A DNA stretch of 64,000 nucleotides, taken from Tubiluchus corallicola. Lineage: Eukaryota; Animalia; Priapulida. Every line of letters starts with the position of its first letter. Positions within the stretch are counted from its first letter, which is position 1. Below the pieces are notes generated by a model that was given only the letters and a program-made list of their open reading frames with translations, was not told the origin of the DNA and searched no databases. This document shows, in pieces, positions 52,668-64,000 of the stretch. A program made the translations under genes and the position numbers. The stretch covers positions 310,001-374,000 of the forward strand of contig JAQGDQ010000028.1 in assembly GCA_030141605.1 (NCBI GenBank), written 5' to 3'.

Positions 52668-55467
52668 ATGGTAAGTGCATGAATGTCACCAGGCTCTACA
52701 TGCAAAATTCAATGTGCGTAAGTGTCACTAGGCCTTTAGCATAATCGAAGTTCGTGGTTTTACTTTTTGCATTTTAACTATTGTATTTTTTCAGGTTCTT
52801 TACCAACTCAAATCAGACGACGTGCGAAGTAAGTTTTCTTTTGATTTTTCCTTTTTTATGATGTTGCAAGTCGGTGTTGAATATTCACCGGATGTACGTT
52901 GGACATACATTGAGGTGGAGGGCTCGTGTCTTCACCAGTCATCAACGATAATGTTCTGAGATGAAATATTTAATAGGCAGAGGTGTTTTAGCCCTGTTCG
53001 GAAGTGTGTACATCCTCAATCAACAAGATAAATAGCTGAGGGTAGTATGGCAGATGTCCACGTGGAAGCAGGTGTCCCGCAGTCTATATATTGTGCTCAC
53101 CTTCAGTTGCTAAGCACACACATGACCACTCGACTTGCATCCCACTAATAATAGTGAAGAGATCATTAATAATCTATCAATGATAATTTGATTAGTTTGA
53201 TAAAGTATTACGCAGCGGCACTTTGACGTCAGTTCTTGGTTGGGTCTTTAAGAAAAAAAGCTCAAACATGTCTGCAAAAATTGAGGAAGTGTATCAATTA
53301 ATTAGGCAAGTAGTTATACTAAGTGATTAAGTAGGCACTGCGTAACCTGGTGGGCATTAGAATATTAATTACATGTACTTTCACTAATAATTAAAATGTC
53401 AATGGTTGACACAAATGCTGTGTTCTAAGCATCTGCCCACGTCCTATGATAACGTATTTTTCAGATTATCGCTCAGTGTTCAACTCATGGACTACTAGTG
53501 GTTGTATGAATGTAGACGATCTGTGCGCTCTTCTGCAACGACTTCTGCGTAAGAGTCATGTTCCGCCACACCATGACATTCGACTGCTCGCCTGCGACAT
53601 GATCAATGCCATCGACGTTGATGGCAAAACCATCAGTTTCCAAGCATTCGTCGACTACATGGCTACGAAACATGATATGAGAGATGTGAATTACGAATAC
53701 GCCGAAGCTTTCAAGCTGTTCGACACCAAAGTATGTTATCTTACACTATATAATAATTAATTATTATAGTCTTGATCTATTTTACTAAATTACCAGCTTG
53801 ACAATTGCCATTATCTCGCCACTGCATTTATCGTTGCTACAACAGGACGCAACGAATTCATGGAATAAGTAATAAAAATTCCTGTGACAGAGAAACTGAA
53901 AAGACAGACGTGACATGGTGTTACGAGTACATCACCGTGCGAGCTTCAGATGAAAGGAAAAATTAAAATACCAAAGCGAACAAAAAAGACTATTAAAGCT
54001 AGCTAAAATCTGTAAGTGGATGTCTGATTAAAAAGCTTAGCGATGAAGAAAAATATGATGGCAATTATGATGATGATCATAATGGTTATGATGATGATAA
54101 TGAATAATTATTTGTTCTTGATATAAATATATTAATTGCAGCAAACTTTATACAACTAAAACAAACGATAATACGTCTAGTGTTTAAACAATTTAATTAG
54201 TTCAGCCGTTATGTCGTAAACCAGCATTACAATTCTGCTGTAACTACATAGCAAAAGCCCAAATATCACGGACCCAAATACCTAGGGTCCAAATAACTGA
54301 AGCCCAAATATCCCAGGACCCAAATATCCAGGGCCCAATTATCCATAAACCAGCAAAAACATCGACGCTGCTTGAATTTAACAATGAAGGGCTTTTTAAC
54401 AAATGATAGTCAGTTGTGTCGGCACTCGCCAATGGAGATATTAGGGTGTTTTTCAACATTATTTTCTGTAAAACAAGCATTACGCCTCCGTTTGTATATT
54501 ATATACGTTTTTTATCAATCATCAAAGTGATAAAACACGTCAACTAAAACGATGTTCATTGACTTTTAGAAATATCTTTAGAAAACTGATTAGAAATTAA
54601 TTTTTAATTCATAATTTAGGGGACTGGAAAACTGGGTGTGGATGATATGAAACAAATTATAGTCAAACTAAACGCGGATGTGACTGACAAAACAGTCCAA
54701 GAAATGGTCAACGCAGCTGATATTGATGGTGACGGCAACGTTGACTACGAAGGTGAAACTCATACTTATTTTTATGCACTTTGTCACCCTGCAAGCTAGA
54801 ATCAGCACTCAAAGGTAAAGCTTACTGAACGATATATTTATAGCAAGACCAGACTCATTATCAAAGCTATCCCTCTAAGCCTAATGCGAGTCACTGAACC
54901 AGCTAGGTGTCTCAGTGACGTTCAGATGTGTAAATACAATACATCTTTGTTTTACGAGACGATGAGCCAAAGTTTGCAAACGACAAAAATGACGAAACAC
55001 ACACTACTCACGTAAAGGGTGCACATCTGTCCACTTGGCCGTGGACCCGCTGCTTATGTGCGAAGAGAAACAGAGACTAATAGAGATGGAAAAGAGGGGG
55101 AGAGATCGAGCAAGAGAGAGTGAGAGAAAGAGAGAGAAAGAGAGAAGAAGAGATACAGAGAGAGCGGGAGAAAGAGAGAGATAGAGAGAGAGAGAGAGAG
55201 AAACAGAGCGAAATAAATGGAAAGAAAGACAAAAAGAAGTAATATAATTAATCAGGTGCAGTTACGTTACCATCGTTTAATTTGTAATTTGTAATTATAT
55301 ATATATTATATATATTAGCTAATGACATTGTAGTGATGACATTAGTGTAATGTTCACTAACGACATTAAACTGCAGGCATTGGTTGTTGGTCGACAGCTA
55401 TAGCCGACAGCTTGCCTGACAAAATTTTTTATTTTTTACAGAATTTGTTAAGCTGGTTGAGAAGTAA
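52668..55467 (+). CDS. Divergent calmodulin-like EF-hand protein, 153 aa; exons 52668-52670, 52795-52828, 53465-53730, 54620-54752, 55442-55467
   Basis: ATG|gtaagt first coding exon; all junctions GT-AG and in frame (462 nt). Protein MVLYQLKSDDVRNYRSVFNSWTTSGCMNVDDL...EYAEAFKLFDTK|GTGKLGVDDMKQII...VQEMVNAADIDGDGNVDYE|EFVKLVEK*. Intron positions (after ATG, after ~11 codons, after FDxK, within YE|EF) match calmodulin genes. Confidence 0.92.
54255..54345. repeat. ~15-16-bp minisatellite (GG.CCCAAATATC), about 6 copies, in intron 3
   Basis: gcccaaatatc, gacccaaatacc, gtccaaataac, gcccaaatatc, gacccaaatatc, gcccaattatc. Confidence 0.8.
54789..55050 (-). mobile_element. SINE-like dispersed repeat, copy 2 (intron 4 of the calmodulin-like gene)
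   Basis: cctgcaagctagaatc...tatcaaagctatccctctaag...gggtgcaca matches the copy at 32158-32440. Confidence 0.5.
55065..55240. repeat. (GA)n-rich microsatellite
   Basis: Directly visible. Confidence 0.9.
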
Positions 55468-55512
55468 CTTCTGAGAATGTAAATGGAATGAAGAATGGAA
55501 TAAGCAATTCGT

Positions 55513-55518
55513 AATAAA
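55513..55518 (+). terminator. Candidate polyadenylation signal of the calmodulin-like gene
   Basis: AATAAA 45 nt after the stop codon; another at ~55622. Confidence 0.4.
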
Positions 55519-57823
55519 ATTATATCTTTTATCGAAGAAACAAATTTATTTTAATGTACTGTCATGTTATTTATTATAATGTAGCTAATAACAGCTGTAA
55601 TAACATTGTGTATAGTCACGTAATAAAAGGTTATATTAATTACAAAAAATAACAGTTATTCGTGAGCAAATGTGGTATTTCCATCGATGGTGATTGTACA
55701 TCATCACACACAATGCAAAATGCTATTACCGTGTATGCCTATAAGGCTTTAAATTTGCTTACTGTCTAACATCTGTTTAAGACTGCCTGCTTGTTATTAT
55801 TGAACATAATTCATAGCTGCTGTAGGCACATTCAGTTGTGAAGATTTTCTAACAAATTTTTGAATCATTAATAAAAAACGGTCTCGCAATACTGACAATA
55901 TTACTTTTTTTATTCTGGAGTAAAAACACTAATAATTTGTTTAAAAATTGTGCAGAGAATGTACACTGTTTCTTACATTTTAATGAAAAGAACGCATGTA
56001 GTTAAAGTGCTAAATTATTCGAATCTCTAATTTTAGGTTCCATCGAAAACCTAATCGAAAAACATTGGAAAAAATTGAAACTAAATTGAATCGAATTCAA
56101 ACTAAAAGGCTCGTTCGAATCGAATTTGAATGTTTGATGCTGTCTCCTAAATATTTACGTCACAAGTAATTGAAGTCAATGTGGATTGTATAGTTTATCT
56201 TGAAATTTTCTATTAATATAGTCATTTCATTCTGTCAAGTTGCTACTTGAAACTGAAAAAATTCTTAAATCTTGTCAAGTCTTGTAGTATTTTATGACAC
56301 AAAAGGGGGACAAAGACACTCATTTACAGTCGTTTATCAACTAACATTTGCGGTTGCCTTAAAAACTCACACACAGTATGCGTAATTATGGTAAATGCAC
56401 AAAAACCACCCAAATCCACGCAACACCTCATGAACTAAAATTCCATTGACTTACTCGCATTATAGTAATTAGATTTGGGTTATTTGAAATTAATTTCACA
56501 ATTTTTAAACAAGTCGATAATACATTTCTTAGTAAATTTTATAAATATATTTAAGCTGCACTCTCTTTCTCATCATCTTCTTTTTCTTCTTCTATTGCTC
56601 TAAACATCTATTGCAAACACCAAGTCTCTGTCTCTTATTAGAGAACGCTACTGTTTCCTGTCAGTAGCTAAAGTTTTCTACATTAATTTTTGATGTTCAA
56701 GTTACTTTTGGTTTTCTCGGGACATGTTTAGTGCCTCGTTTAATACTAATCTTACAGTTGTTGTTATTGGCAATCTCGTGAGATGTCCTACCCATTTTAG
56801 CCTTCTGATTCTAATTTATTACAATCTCTGCCAGAACATAATTATTCTTTTGTTTTTCTTGGTGTCGTGATGGTAAGCAGAAATACCTTACATTACGCTT
56901 GAGTTATAAATGCTTTAGTGAAGATTTCCGATTTTGCTTGCCGCGAAATATCTTAAGTGGCGGCTGTAGCCCAAACACTTCAAAAACAGTATAACATATA
57001 AGTGACGTTTTGAATAAGTGCGTAATTAAATTGCAAAACTACTATATAACATGATGTTTCAGCAATTTCCGTTACTAATTAACAGTTTTTGTGAAATACT
57101 GTCGACCAGCTAGACTAGATTAGCAGGTCTTTCGTGCTTTCGCCTTTTCGAGTTTTTGCGAAGATACGGACTTTAGCAAAGGCAAGTCCTTGAGTAATCG
57201 AGTAATAGTTTTGTCAGTATTCGTACAGAAACAGGTTTGCCGTCCCGTCAGTTATCTAGAGTATAGAATATCTTATTTTCTCCAATGTCATTTACAGGAA
57301 AAATGTTTGAAATAATAAGGTAAATACAATTATGGTGGGAAGAACAAGGCCATCTAATTGCCTTCACAGGTGTCTTATATATGAGGTGGCGCCACCGGCG
57401 GTGGAAGAAGGCAGTGTTTTTTGGCTCTGCGAAAATTGAATGATATTTCGGTGTTTACTTTGCATCCTGCAGCAATTTTAAGATTAGTTGAAAACTAATG
57501 AGTTGAACTTACGTTGTTCTGAGGAATACCTGCATACGTATATTTTGCTACAAATTGATGTGGTGACGTACGACGTGAGGTTATCACTCGCTATGGAAAT
57601 ATTTGTTCACGATGTACAGCATATACGGAACAAGTTCATTAATCAGCTTCGTCATGAGGGATATTCGTTTTTTTTGCCCAACGGATGGCGCAGCCGAGCT
57701 AAACAAGGCACGTGCAATACTTAACTTCTAATATGGGATTCGGACAAGTAACCAGTGTATAAAATCAAACAAACAATTTAGAAACTTGTGTAACCATACA
57801 TAAATTGGTGAGTTCGTTCTTAT

Positions 57824-60800
57824 TTGGCTCTTCGTTCACATCAAAAGATTGAGCAACATTATAAATCAAGACTTTCGCACTTGAAATATGGCAGAAATAA
57901 AACCAACAAATCTAGCGGTAGCAGTAAGATAACGCAGCCTTTAAATGACACTGTGTTTCCCAGTTATAGCACGACCAATCAGGCAACTAACTGTACATCA
58001 ATATCAAGTGCAGCCTTCTGTCCTGAATGCACCGTAGAGGTTAGTAATGATGATCAGGCAGTATCTTGTGAGGTTTGTACAAACTGGTACCACATAAAAT
58101 ACACGAAGGTTAACCCAGAGTTATATACTATGATGACCTCTATTGACAATAATCTGCATTGGTATTGCCGCTATTGCAGTGGCTCAGCAGCTGAAATTAG
58201 GAAAGATGTTATCAAATTGCAGGTCAATGTTAAGAAAATTGAAGGCAAGGTTGACACATGTAACCAAAATGTGTTGAAGCTGGAAGAAACATTTTGCAAA
58301 CTTAAAAAACAAACTACTCCTAAATTATCTGCACTTGAAAAGTTGGAGATTTGAGTGTCGCTCTGGGTCCCAAAGAAGATCTATTTCAGGAATGGGAAGA
58401 ATGGCAAAGCAAAAAAGTGCAAAAAAGCTGTGTTATAACACATGACCTTCATTCTAGTGAAAAGGACGAGAATTGGTATGAAAGCTGGTTCCAAAATGTT
58501 CTTAAAGTCAAAACCAAAGTCAGGGAGGTCACTAGTCTGAGCAAATCAGCTAAGAGTGTACATCAACCTGTCAGAATTAAATTGCAGCACCCAGGACAAA
58601 AATGGGCTATCATCATTTGAAGCATCTACTGCATTTAAAGAGTCTTTGGCCAACATTTATATAAACCCAGATATGACGTGGAAGAAAAGGCATGCAAATA
58701 AAAAACTAATCGATGAGCTCAAAGAAAGGCGATCCAGAGGTGAAAGAGTCAAGATAGCCAAAAATAAAATTGTCCGTATGGAGTTAGCAAAGTCTAGTGC
58801 TGTACTATCTGATTCTGACACGGATGCTGATACCGTTTTAGAGTCTGAAGGAACTACTGTGCCTGTGCCGAACGATTTCTCGCTCACAATCTCAAAGTCT
58901 GTTTTTACCCCAGACGATGCACACTCTCACTCAAGCTGCTGACAAACAACAGAAGATATGTCTGTAAATAATGTAAATACGATGGCCAGCAAGGCCTATA
59001 ATGTAATTATCAAGAACTTGCGTATGTCGTGTACGAATATTGATTGTCTAACCAACAAATTTGATGAGTGCTGTTTACGTCCTTGATCCAGATATTATGT
59101 TTTTATCTGAAATCAACTTAAAGAATTCAATTTATGCCTTAACAGCAAGTGCACTTGTACTTCCTCATTATGACTGTTTTCCAGAACTTTGCGGCAGAGG
59201 GATAACACTTTATGTTAAAGAGGCGCATCATGCTGTATCTGTCAGTTACCCTTCATCTATATATAAATTTTCACAGTGGATTCTTATCAAGCAGGCAAGA
59301 GGGCAAAGTATACAGTATGCAACAACTGTCTTCTAGAACCAATGTTCTACAATGATAATCGCTCAGAGTCACACGTAGTTTGTTGTAGGGATTTTAACCT
59401 TTGTGGAATAAATTCGGATAGTTGGTCAACTAATGCACCAGAAGGATGTCTGATGGATCTTTTTCTGGAGAAACTAAGAGACTCATACCTCGAACAGTTG
59501 GTGACATTTCCTACCAGATTCCGCATTAACCAAGAGCCTGGTATTTCAGATTTTGTGTTAGTGAAAGACTCCAACAGCATTCAGAATTTACACTCTCTGC
59601 CTCCCATTTGCAAAGCGACCACATTGTGTTGATGTTTGACATTGCAGTACATAGGTCAGCAGCAAAGTGTAGCATAACAAAATACAATTATACTACAGAG
59701 CAGATTTTTTGTCTATTTTACAAGCACTAGCTGAACTGAACTGGATTTCCCTATTTCAGAACAAATCAGCAGCAGAATGTTGTTATGAATTGGAGAATAC
59801 TATCCAGCATCTTATCACATTGCACGTACCAAAAAGCAGTGTTATTAAAGTGAAGGCAAAACCTAAATGAATGACACAAGAAGTTTTACACAAAATCAAG
59901 AAAAAGGAGACATTATGGAATAGGTACCAACGTAGCATTGTAGCATTACGAAATAAGTAATTGCTGCTGTAAGGCAAGCCAAACGTAATTTTGACAGGAC
60001 TGGGTGAGAAGTTCCAAGATTTCTGTGCCTATGTCAACTCGAACATTAAGTGTAAAGAGCATGTTGCACCCTTACTCAAACAAAATGACAGCCTACCAGT
60101 ATCAGGTGAAGATAAAGCTCAGGTCCTAAACGATTTCTTTTGCTCTGTCCTTTTCCTCCCCTGAAAGAGGACACAACTCAACTTGCAGATGTTGAATTAC
60201 CTGCAGTGCAGTGTCGCCAGTTAAATACTGTTTTAACTACCGAAGATGACCTGCACAAACATATAAACAAACTCAATGAAAACAAGTCCATGGGACCTGA
60301 TGAGATCCATCCAATGCTACCGAAGATGACTGGTACAAACAAATAAAGAAACTCTATGAAAACAAGTCCATGGGACCTGATGAGATCCATCCGATGCTAC
60401 CGAAGATGACCTGCACAAACAAATAAAGAAACTCAATGAAAACAAGTCCATGGGACCTGATGAGATTCATCCGGTTGTGATTAAAAAATGTGATCCACAT
60501 CAGTGATTATAATGAGCAAAAGCATGTATGACAGTGTCATCTGTGCCTCTTGGACACAAACTTTTAGAATTCTACATAGTATTGACAAAACACACATGGA
60601 TGATTATGTTACAAGATTATGCCAACAACAAGAGCAGCAGACAAGAGGTCATTCATACAAATTACTCAAGCATTTTATTCAGGGCAGTTGGTCAAAACAC
60701 CAGCATGTATTTTCGTTTAGGGTTGTCGATCCATGGAACAAGCTTCCAGCAAATGTAGTTGAGACAACAAACATTGAGCAATTTAAGGTACATCTTCACA

Positions 60801-60905
60801 AGCACTGGCAGCAGAATGCATCAAAATTCATAGATCCTGTGTTACCTCAATGGGAACAAAATGTTCTGATGGCATGACCTTCCACTATCTGCGGTGGAAG
60901 GTCAT
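57824..60905 (+). mobile_element. Decayed CR1-clade LINE: PHD-finger ORF1, endonuclease, internally deleted RT, intact-looking 3' end
   Basis: ORF1: CPEC..CEVC..H..(Y)..CRYC PHD finger, coiled coil, IYINPDMT. ORF2 APE motifs CTNIDCLTNK, PDIMFLSE, RDFN, SDH; pre-RT KSMGPDEIHP; C-terminal TRGHSYKL..FSFRVVDPWNKLP..FK. Multiple frameshifts and stops. The 5' UTR may extend to ~57380. Confidence 0.9.
60237..60472. repeat. 80-bp tandem triplication inside the LINE
   Basis: ctaccgaagatgac at 60237, 60317 and 60397; each copy carries aacaagtccatgggacctgatgagat. Confidence 0.93.
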
Positions 60906-61733
60906 ACATTTAAAATTTCAGTTTAAGCTAATTCAGTATAGCATTTATGCTAATACCCCCGTCTCTGTATTATGGATTATACAAGTATCAGTTTTAATAA
61001 ATAAATACAGAAGGTGATATACTGTAGGTAACAAAAACAATAAAGGGAGAAACAGTACTATAGTTGTCAATAAACACAACAAAAATAAGTAAATAAAAAA
61101 TTTATTGCATAAAGTGATATACCTAAGCAAAAAGAACACGGTCTGGAGAACGACAATAAAAAATCTAGCAACAAAGTAAACCAACGAGTACTTGCAAATA
61201 AATAGCATAGACGTAGACTTTTATTTTCTCCAATAATGTCACAAATATTCCATTTTACAAAATATTTTGCTTTATCTAAGGAGATGGTGTGAGGAAAGAC
61301 CATAGGTCATCTGTTCAGTCACCCCTTATAAATTAATGTTGTAATATCAGAAAAAGATTATGATGGCACTGGCTGCAACTTTACTTAACATACATGAATC
61401 TAATGATCAAAGTCAACCAATAAACAAAAGCAAAAATGTAAAACAAACATGACAAAAAGTAAAATAATAAGCATTCCAGCAGTTTAGCAATGGCAACTTT
61501 GTTATATCATTGTAATTGAACAGAAACAGTTCTTGTCGATAAAAACAAAACAAAAATCGGTAAGTAAGACTGTAAAGTATTAGCTTAATTGAATAGAGAA
61601 ATCGAACCTTGAATTTATTGCAAATAAAAATAACAAAGGCAAATACAGTAATACAATAAAATGTTTTTATTGAACAAGTACGTGAAATAAATTTTTGTGG
61701 GTTATATTATACGTGAACACTCAGACTAGTAAT

Positions 61734-61834
61734 TGTAACATATAGTCATAAATGTAGAACCTTGTACTAAAAGGTTACCCATGTTACTCGTAGATCCTCG
61801 TGGTAATAAACACATCATTTATGCATATCTGACA
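61734..61834 (+). repeat. Probable short 5' LTR (~101 bp) of the Gypsy element
   Basis: TGTAACATAT ... ATATCTGACA imperfect inverted termini (8/10), internal AATAAA at 61805, immediately followed by the PBS. The 3' LTR is outside the window, so the left boundary is unconfirmed. Confidence 0.6.
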
Positions 61835-61849
61835 TGGTGTCAGAAGTGG
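61835..61849 (+). other. Primer-binding site complementary to the tRNA-Leu 3' end
   Basis: TGGTGTCAGAAGTGG is the reverse complement of CCACTTCTGACACCA, a metazoan tRNA-Leu 3' terminus. Confidence 0.8.
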
Positions 61850-61917
61850 AAATTTAAAAAAAAGGTGAAACAAAGCCTAGGTTAAAAATAAAAACCTTTT
61901 TGTATGTGAGCTTGAAG

Positions 61918-64000
61918 ATGGGCGACCACGATAAACCGTCCATGAACTGGCGAGCACAAAATTTGGATAAAGAATGGAAAAGGTTTAAACAGCATTGTAG
62001 CTTTACGTTTAACGGACCACTGTCTCAGAAAACAGAGATTGAAAAGGTCAACTACCTTATGACGTATATCGGAGATAAAGGTAGAGAAGTCTATAGCACT
62101 TTTAATTTTGCGCCAGCAACAGTGGAAGGCGGTAACCAAATTCCCCCAGAAAACCATACACTCTAGGGTGTCTGTGCTAAATTTGACGCCTATATAGCTC
62201 CAAAAAGAAATGAAATAAGAGCTACAGTAGCGTTTGCACATAGAAAGCAAGAACAGAATGAAAGATTTGATGATTTTGTTACATCACTAAGAATTCTAGT
62301 TAAAAACTGTGGTTTTGATGCACTAGAAGAAAGAATGTTACGTGATACCATTGTGTTGAGGTGCAAAGAATCTACAGTACAAGAAAAATGTCTTGATAAA
62401 GGAGACGAACTCACTCTAGATATGGCCATTGGCATAGGACAAAATTATGAAATAGCACAAGATAGTATGAAAGCTAATCGGTGCAGGGTGGGATGAAGAT
62501 AGTAAAATTCACAGTGTGCGTCCCAAACAGAAATCTAAATCAAGATCTACCTACACTATGAAATCCAAATTTCATGCTAAAACTAAATTTCATGACCAAC
62601 AACAGTTGCCTAGTAAGAAAGAGTGCCATCGATGTGGTTATGGAATACACTTTAAATCACAATGCCCTGCTGTTCATCAGACTTGCAGCAAATGCAAAAA
62701 GAAAGGTCATTTTGCAAGCAAATGTAGAAACAACGGCATAAATATTGTCGAAGACATAGTCTCATCAGATAGTGATGCAAATGGAGATGTTTTCGAAATG
62801 ATTAAAACTGTTAATAGTGCAGTTGGAGACACCGAAGATTGGTATGCAACAGTGACAATAGCAAACCGTAAAGTGCAAGTCCAAATAGATACTGGTGCAG
62901 CACAGTGTCTTTTGCCATGGAAATTAGTAAAAACTATGACTTGTCGCAACAATCTAGTTAAGACTAATAAAAAGTTTCAATCATATACTGGACATAAAAT
63001 TGATGTGATAGGGTGTGTAAAACTGGCTACAAGCTACAAGAAAAAGCAAGTAGATATTAAGTACTATGTGGTTGACATGGACCAAACACCTATTTTCTCA
63101 GGTAAAGCTAGTGCTAAGTTGGGACTAATAGAACGCATTAAAAAGGTGCAAGAAGTGTACCCTAAGCAACAAGGCATGCAAGAAAAGTTTCCTGAACTAA
63201 TGAAAACTACTGGAACTTTACCAGGTACTTATTCACTAAAGATAGATCCTAATTGTAAACCTGTTGTGCATGGTCCAAGGAGATATTCTGCACACTTACT
63301 GCCAAAAATTAAAGAAAAACTGAAGGAAATGGAAAAAGAAGGACATATTGCCAAAGTCACACAGCCAACTGACTGGGTAAGTTCCATGCAAGCAGTGGTG
63401 AAGAATGACAAAGTTCGCATTTGTCTTTATCCTTCAGATCTGAATAAAGCCATTCAAAGGGAAAATTACCCAATTCCTACTGTAGAGGAAGTATCTTCAA
63501 TACCCGATGCAAAAGTATTTTCTGTTGTGGATGCAAAGTCGGGCTATCTCCAAATTCCTTTGGATTATGAATCCAGTCTTTTGACCACAATGAATACACC
63601 ATTAGGAAGATATAGATGGTTGAAGCTTCCTTTTGGTATTAAGTCAGCACCGGAAATTTATCAAAGAATTATGGATAAAATGGTTGAAGATATTGATGGA
63701 GCACGTGCAATCATGGATGATGTCATAGTAGCTGGTACAGACAATGAACATCATGACCAAACTATGAAAAAACTAGTGAATCGAGCAATGGAATGGAATC
63801 TAAAATTAAATTTTGATAAATGCCAGTACAGAAAAGCTGAAGTTAAGTATGTCGGTCATGTGGTTGGTGCTACAGGAGTAAAAGCAGATCCAGGTAAAGT
63901 TAGAGCAGTACAAGAAATGCCTGCACCCACATGCAAGGAAGATGTACGACGATTTCTAGGTTTTATGCAGTATCTAGGAAAGTTTATTCCTAAACTAAGT
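61918..64000 (+). mobile_element. Ty3/Gypsy (Mag-like) LTR retrotransposon gag-pol, truncated by the window end; mildly degraded
   Basis: Gag MGDHDKPSMNWRAQNLDKEWKRFKQ; twin zinc knuckles CHRCGYGIHFKSQC and CSKCKKKGHFASKC; protease IDTGA (~62885); RT motifs DAKSGYLQI, LPFGIKSAPEIYQ, IMDDVIV. In-frame TAG at 62164 and a +1 frameshift near 62475; the frame is then open to 64000. Confidence 0.95.

Noticed and set aside
53446-53760. 104-aa stand-alone EF-hand ORF
   Set aside because: It is exon 3 (53465-53730) of the calmodulin-like gene plus intronic flanks.
57824-58354. Host PHD-finger gene
   Set aside because: Directly followed by LINE ORF1/ORF2 motifs with frameshifts; PHD fingers are a known ORF1 feature of CR1-clade LINEs.

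Overview
AT-rich, intron-containing eukaryotic DNA that looks like an invertebrate animal; the species cannot be determined from the sequence. Two spliced + strand host genes can be built by hand. (1) A wax-ester synthase/diacylglycerol acyltransferase (WS/DGAT, AtfA/Tgs-like) homologue of about 800-840 aa. Its whole enzyme domain lies in one 1,674-nt exon (40375-42048), followed by four phase-0 exons (43149-43262, 44434-44625, 45588-45779, 46900-47115) that add a coiled coil and a Ser/Arg-rich tail. Upstream exons are probable at 38945-39076 and possible at 35742-35813. The HHxxxDG catalytic motif reads HEALADG, so it may be a membrane-anchored pseudoenzyme. (2) A divergent 153-aa calmodulin-like gene in 5 exons (52668-55467) with calmodulin-type intron positions, only EF-hand 4 canonical, and a kB/STAT/CRE-like cluster just upstream. 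The rest is mostly non-coding with transposon relics: a decayed minus-strand LINE near the start, a hAT MITE with perfect TIRs/TSD nested in a larger foldback element, SINE-like pieces, an 84-bp tandem array, microsatellites, a CR1-type LINE with a PHD-finger ORF1 (about 57.8-60.9 kb) and a Gypsy (Mag-like) LTR retrotransposon running off the right end. Most short ORFs in the track are spurious. All calls are by eye; no searches were run.
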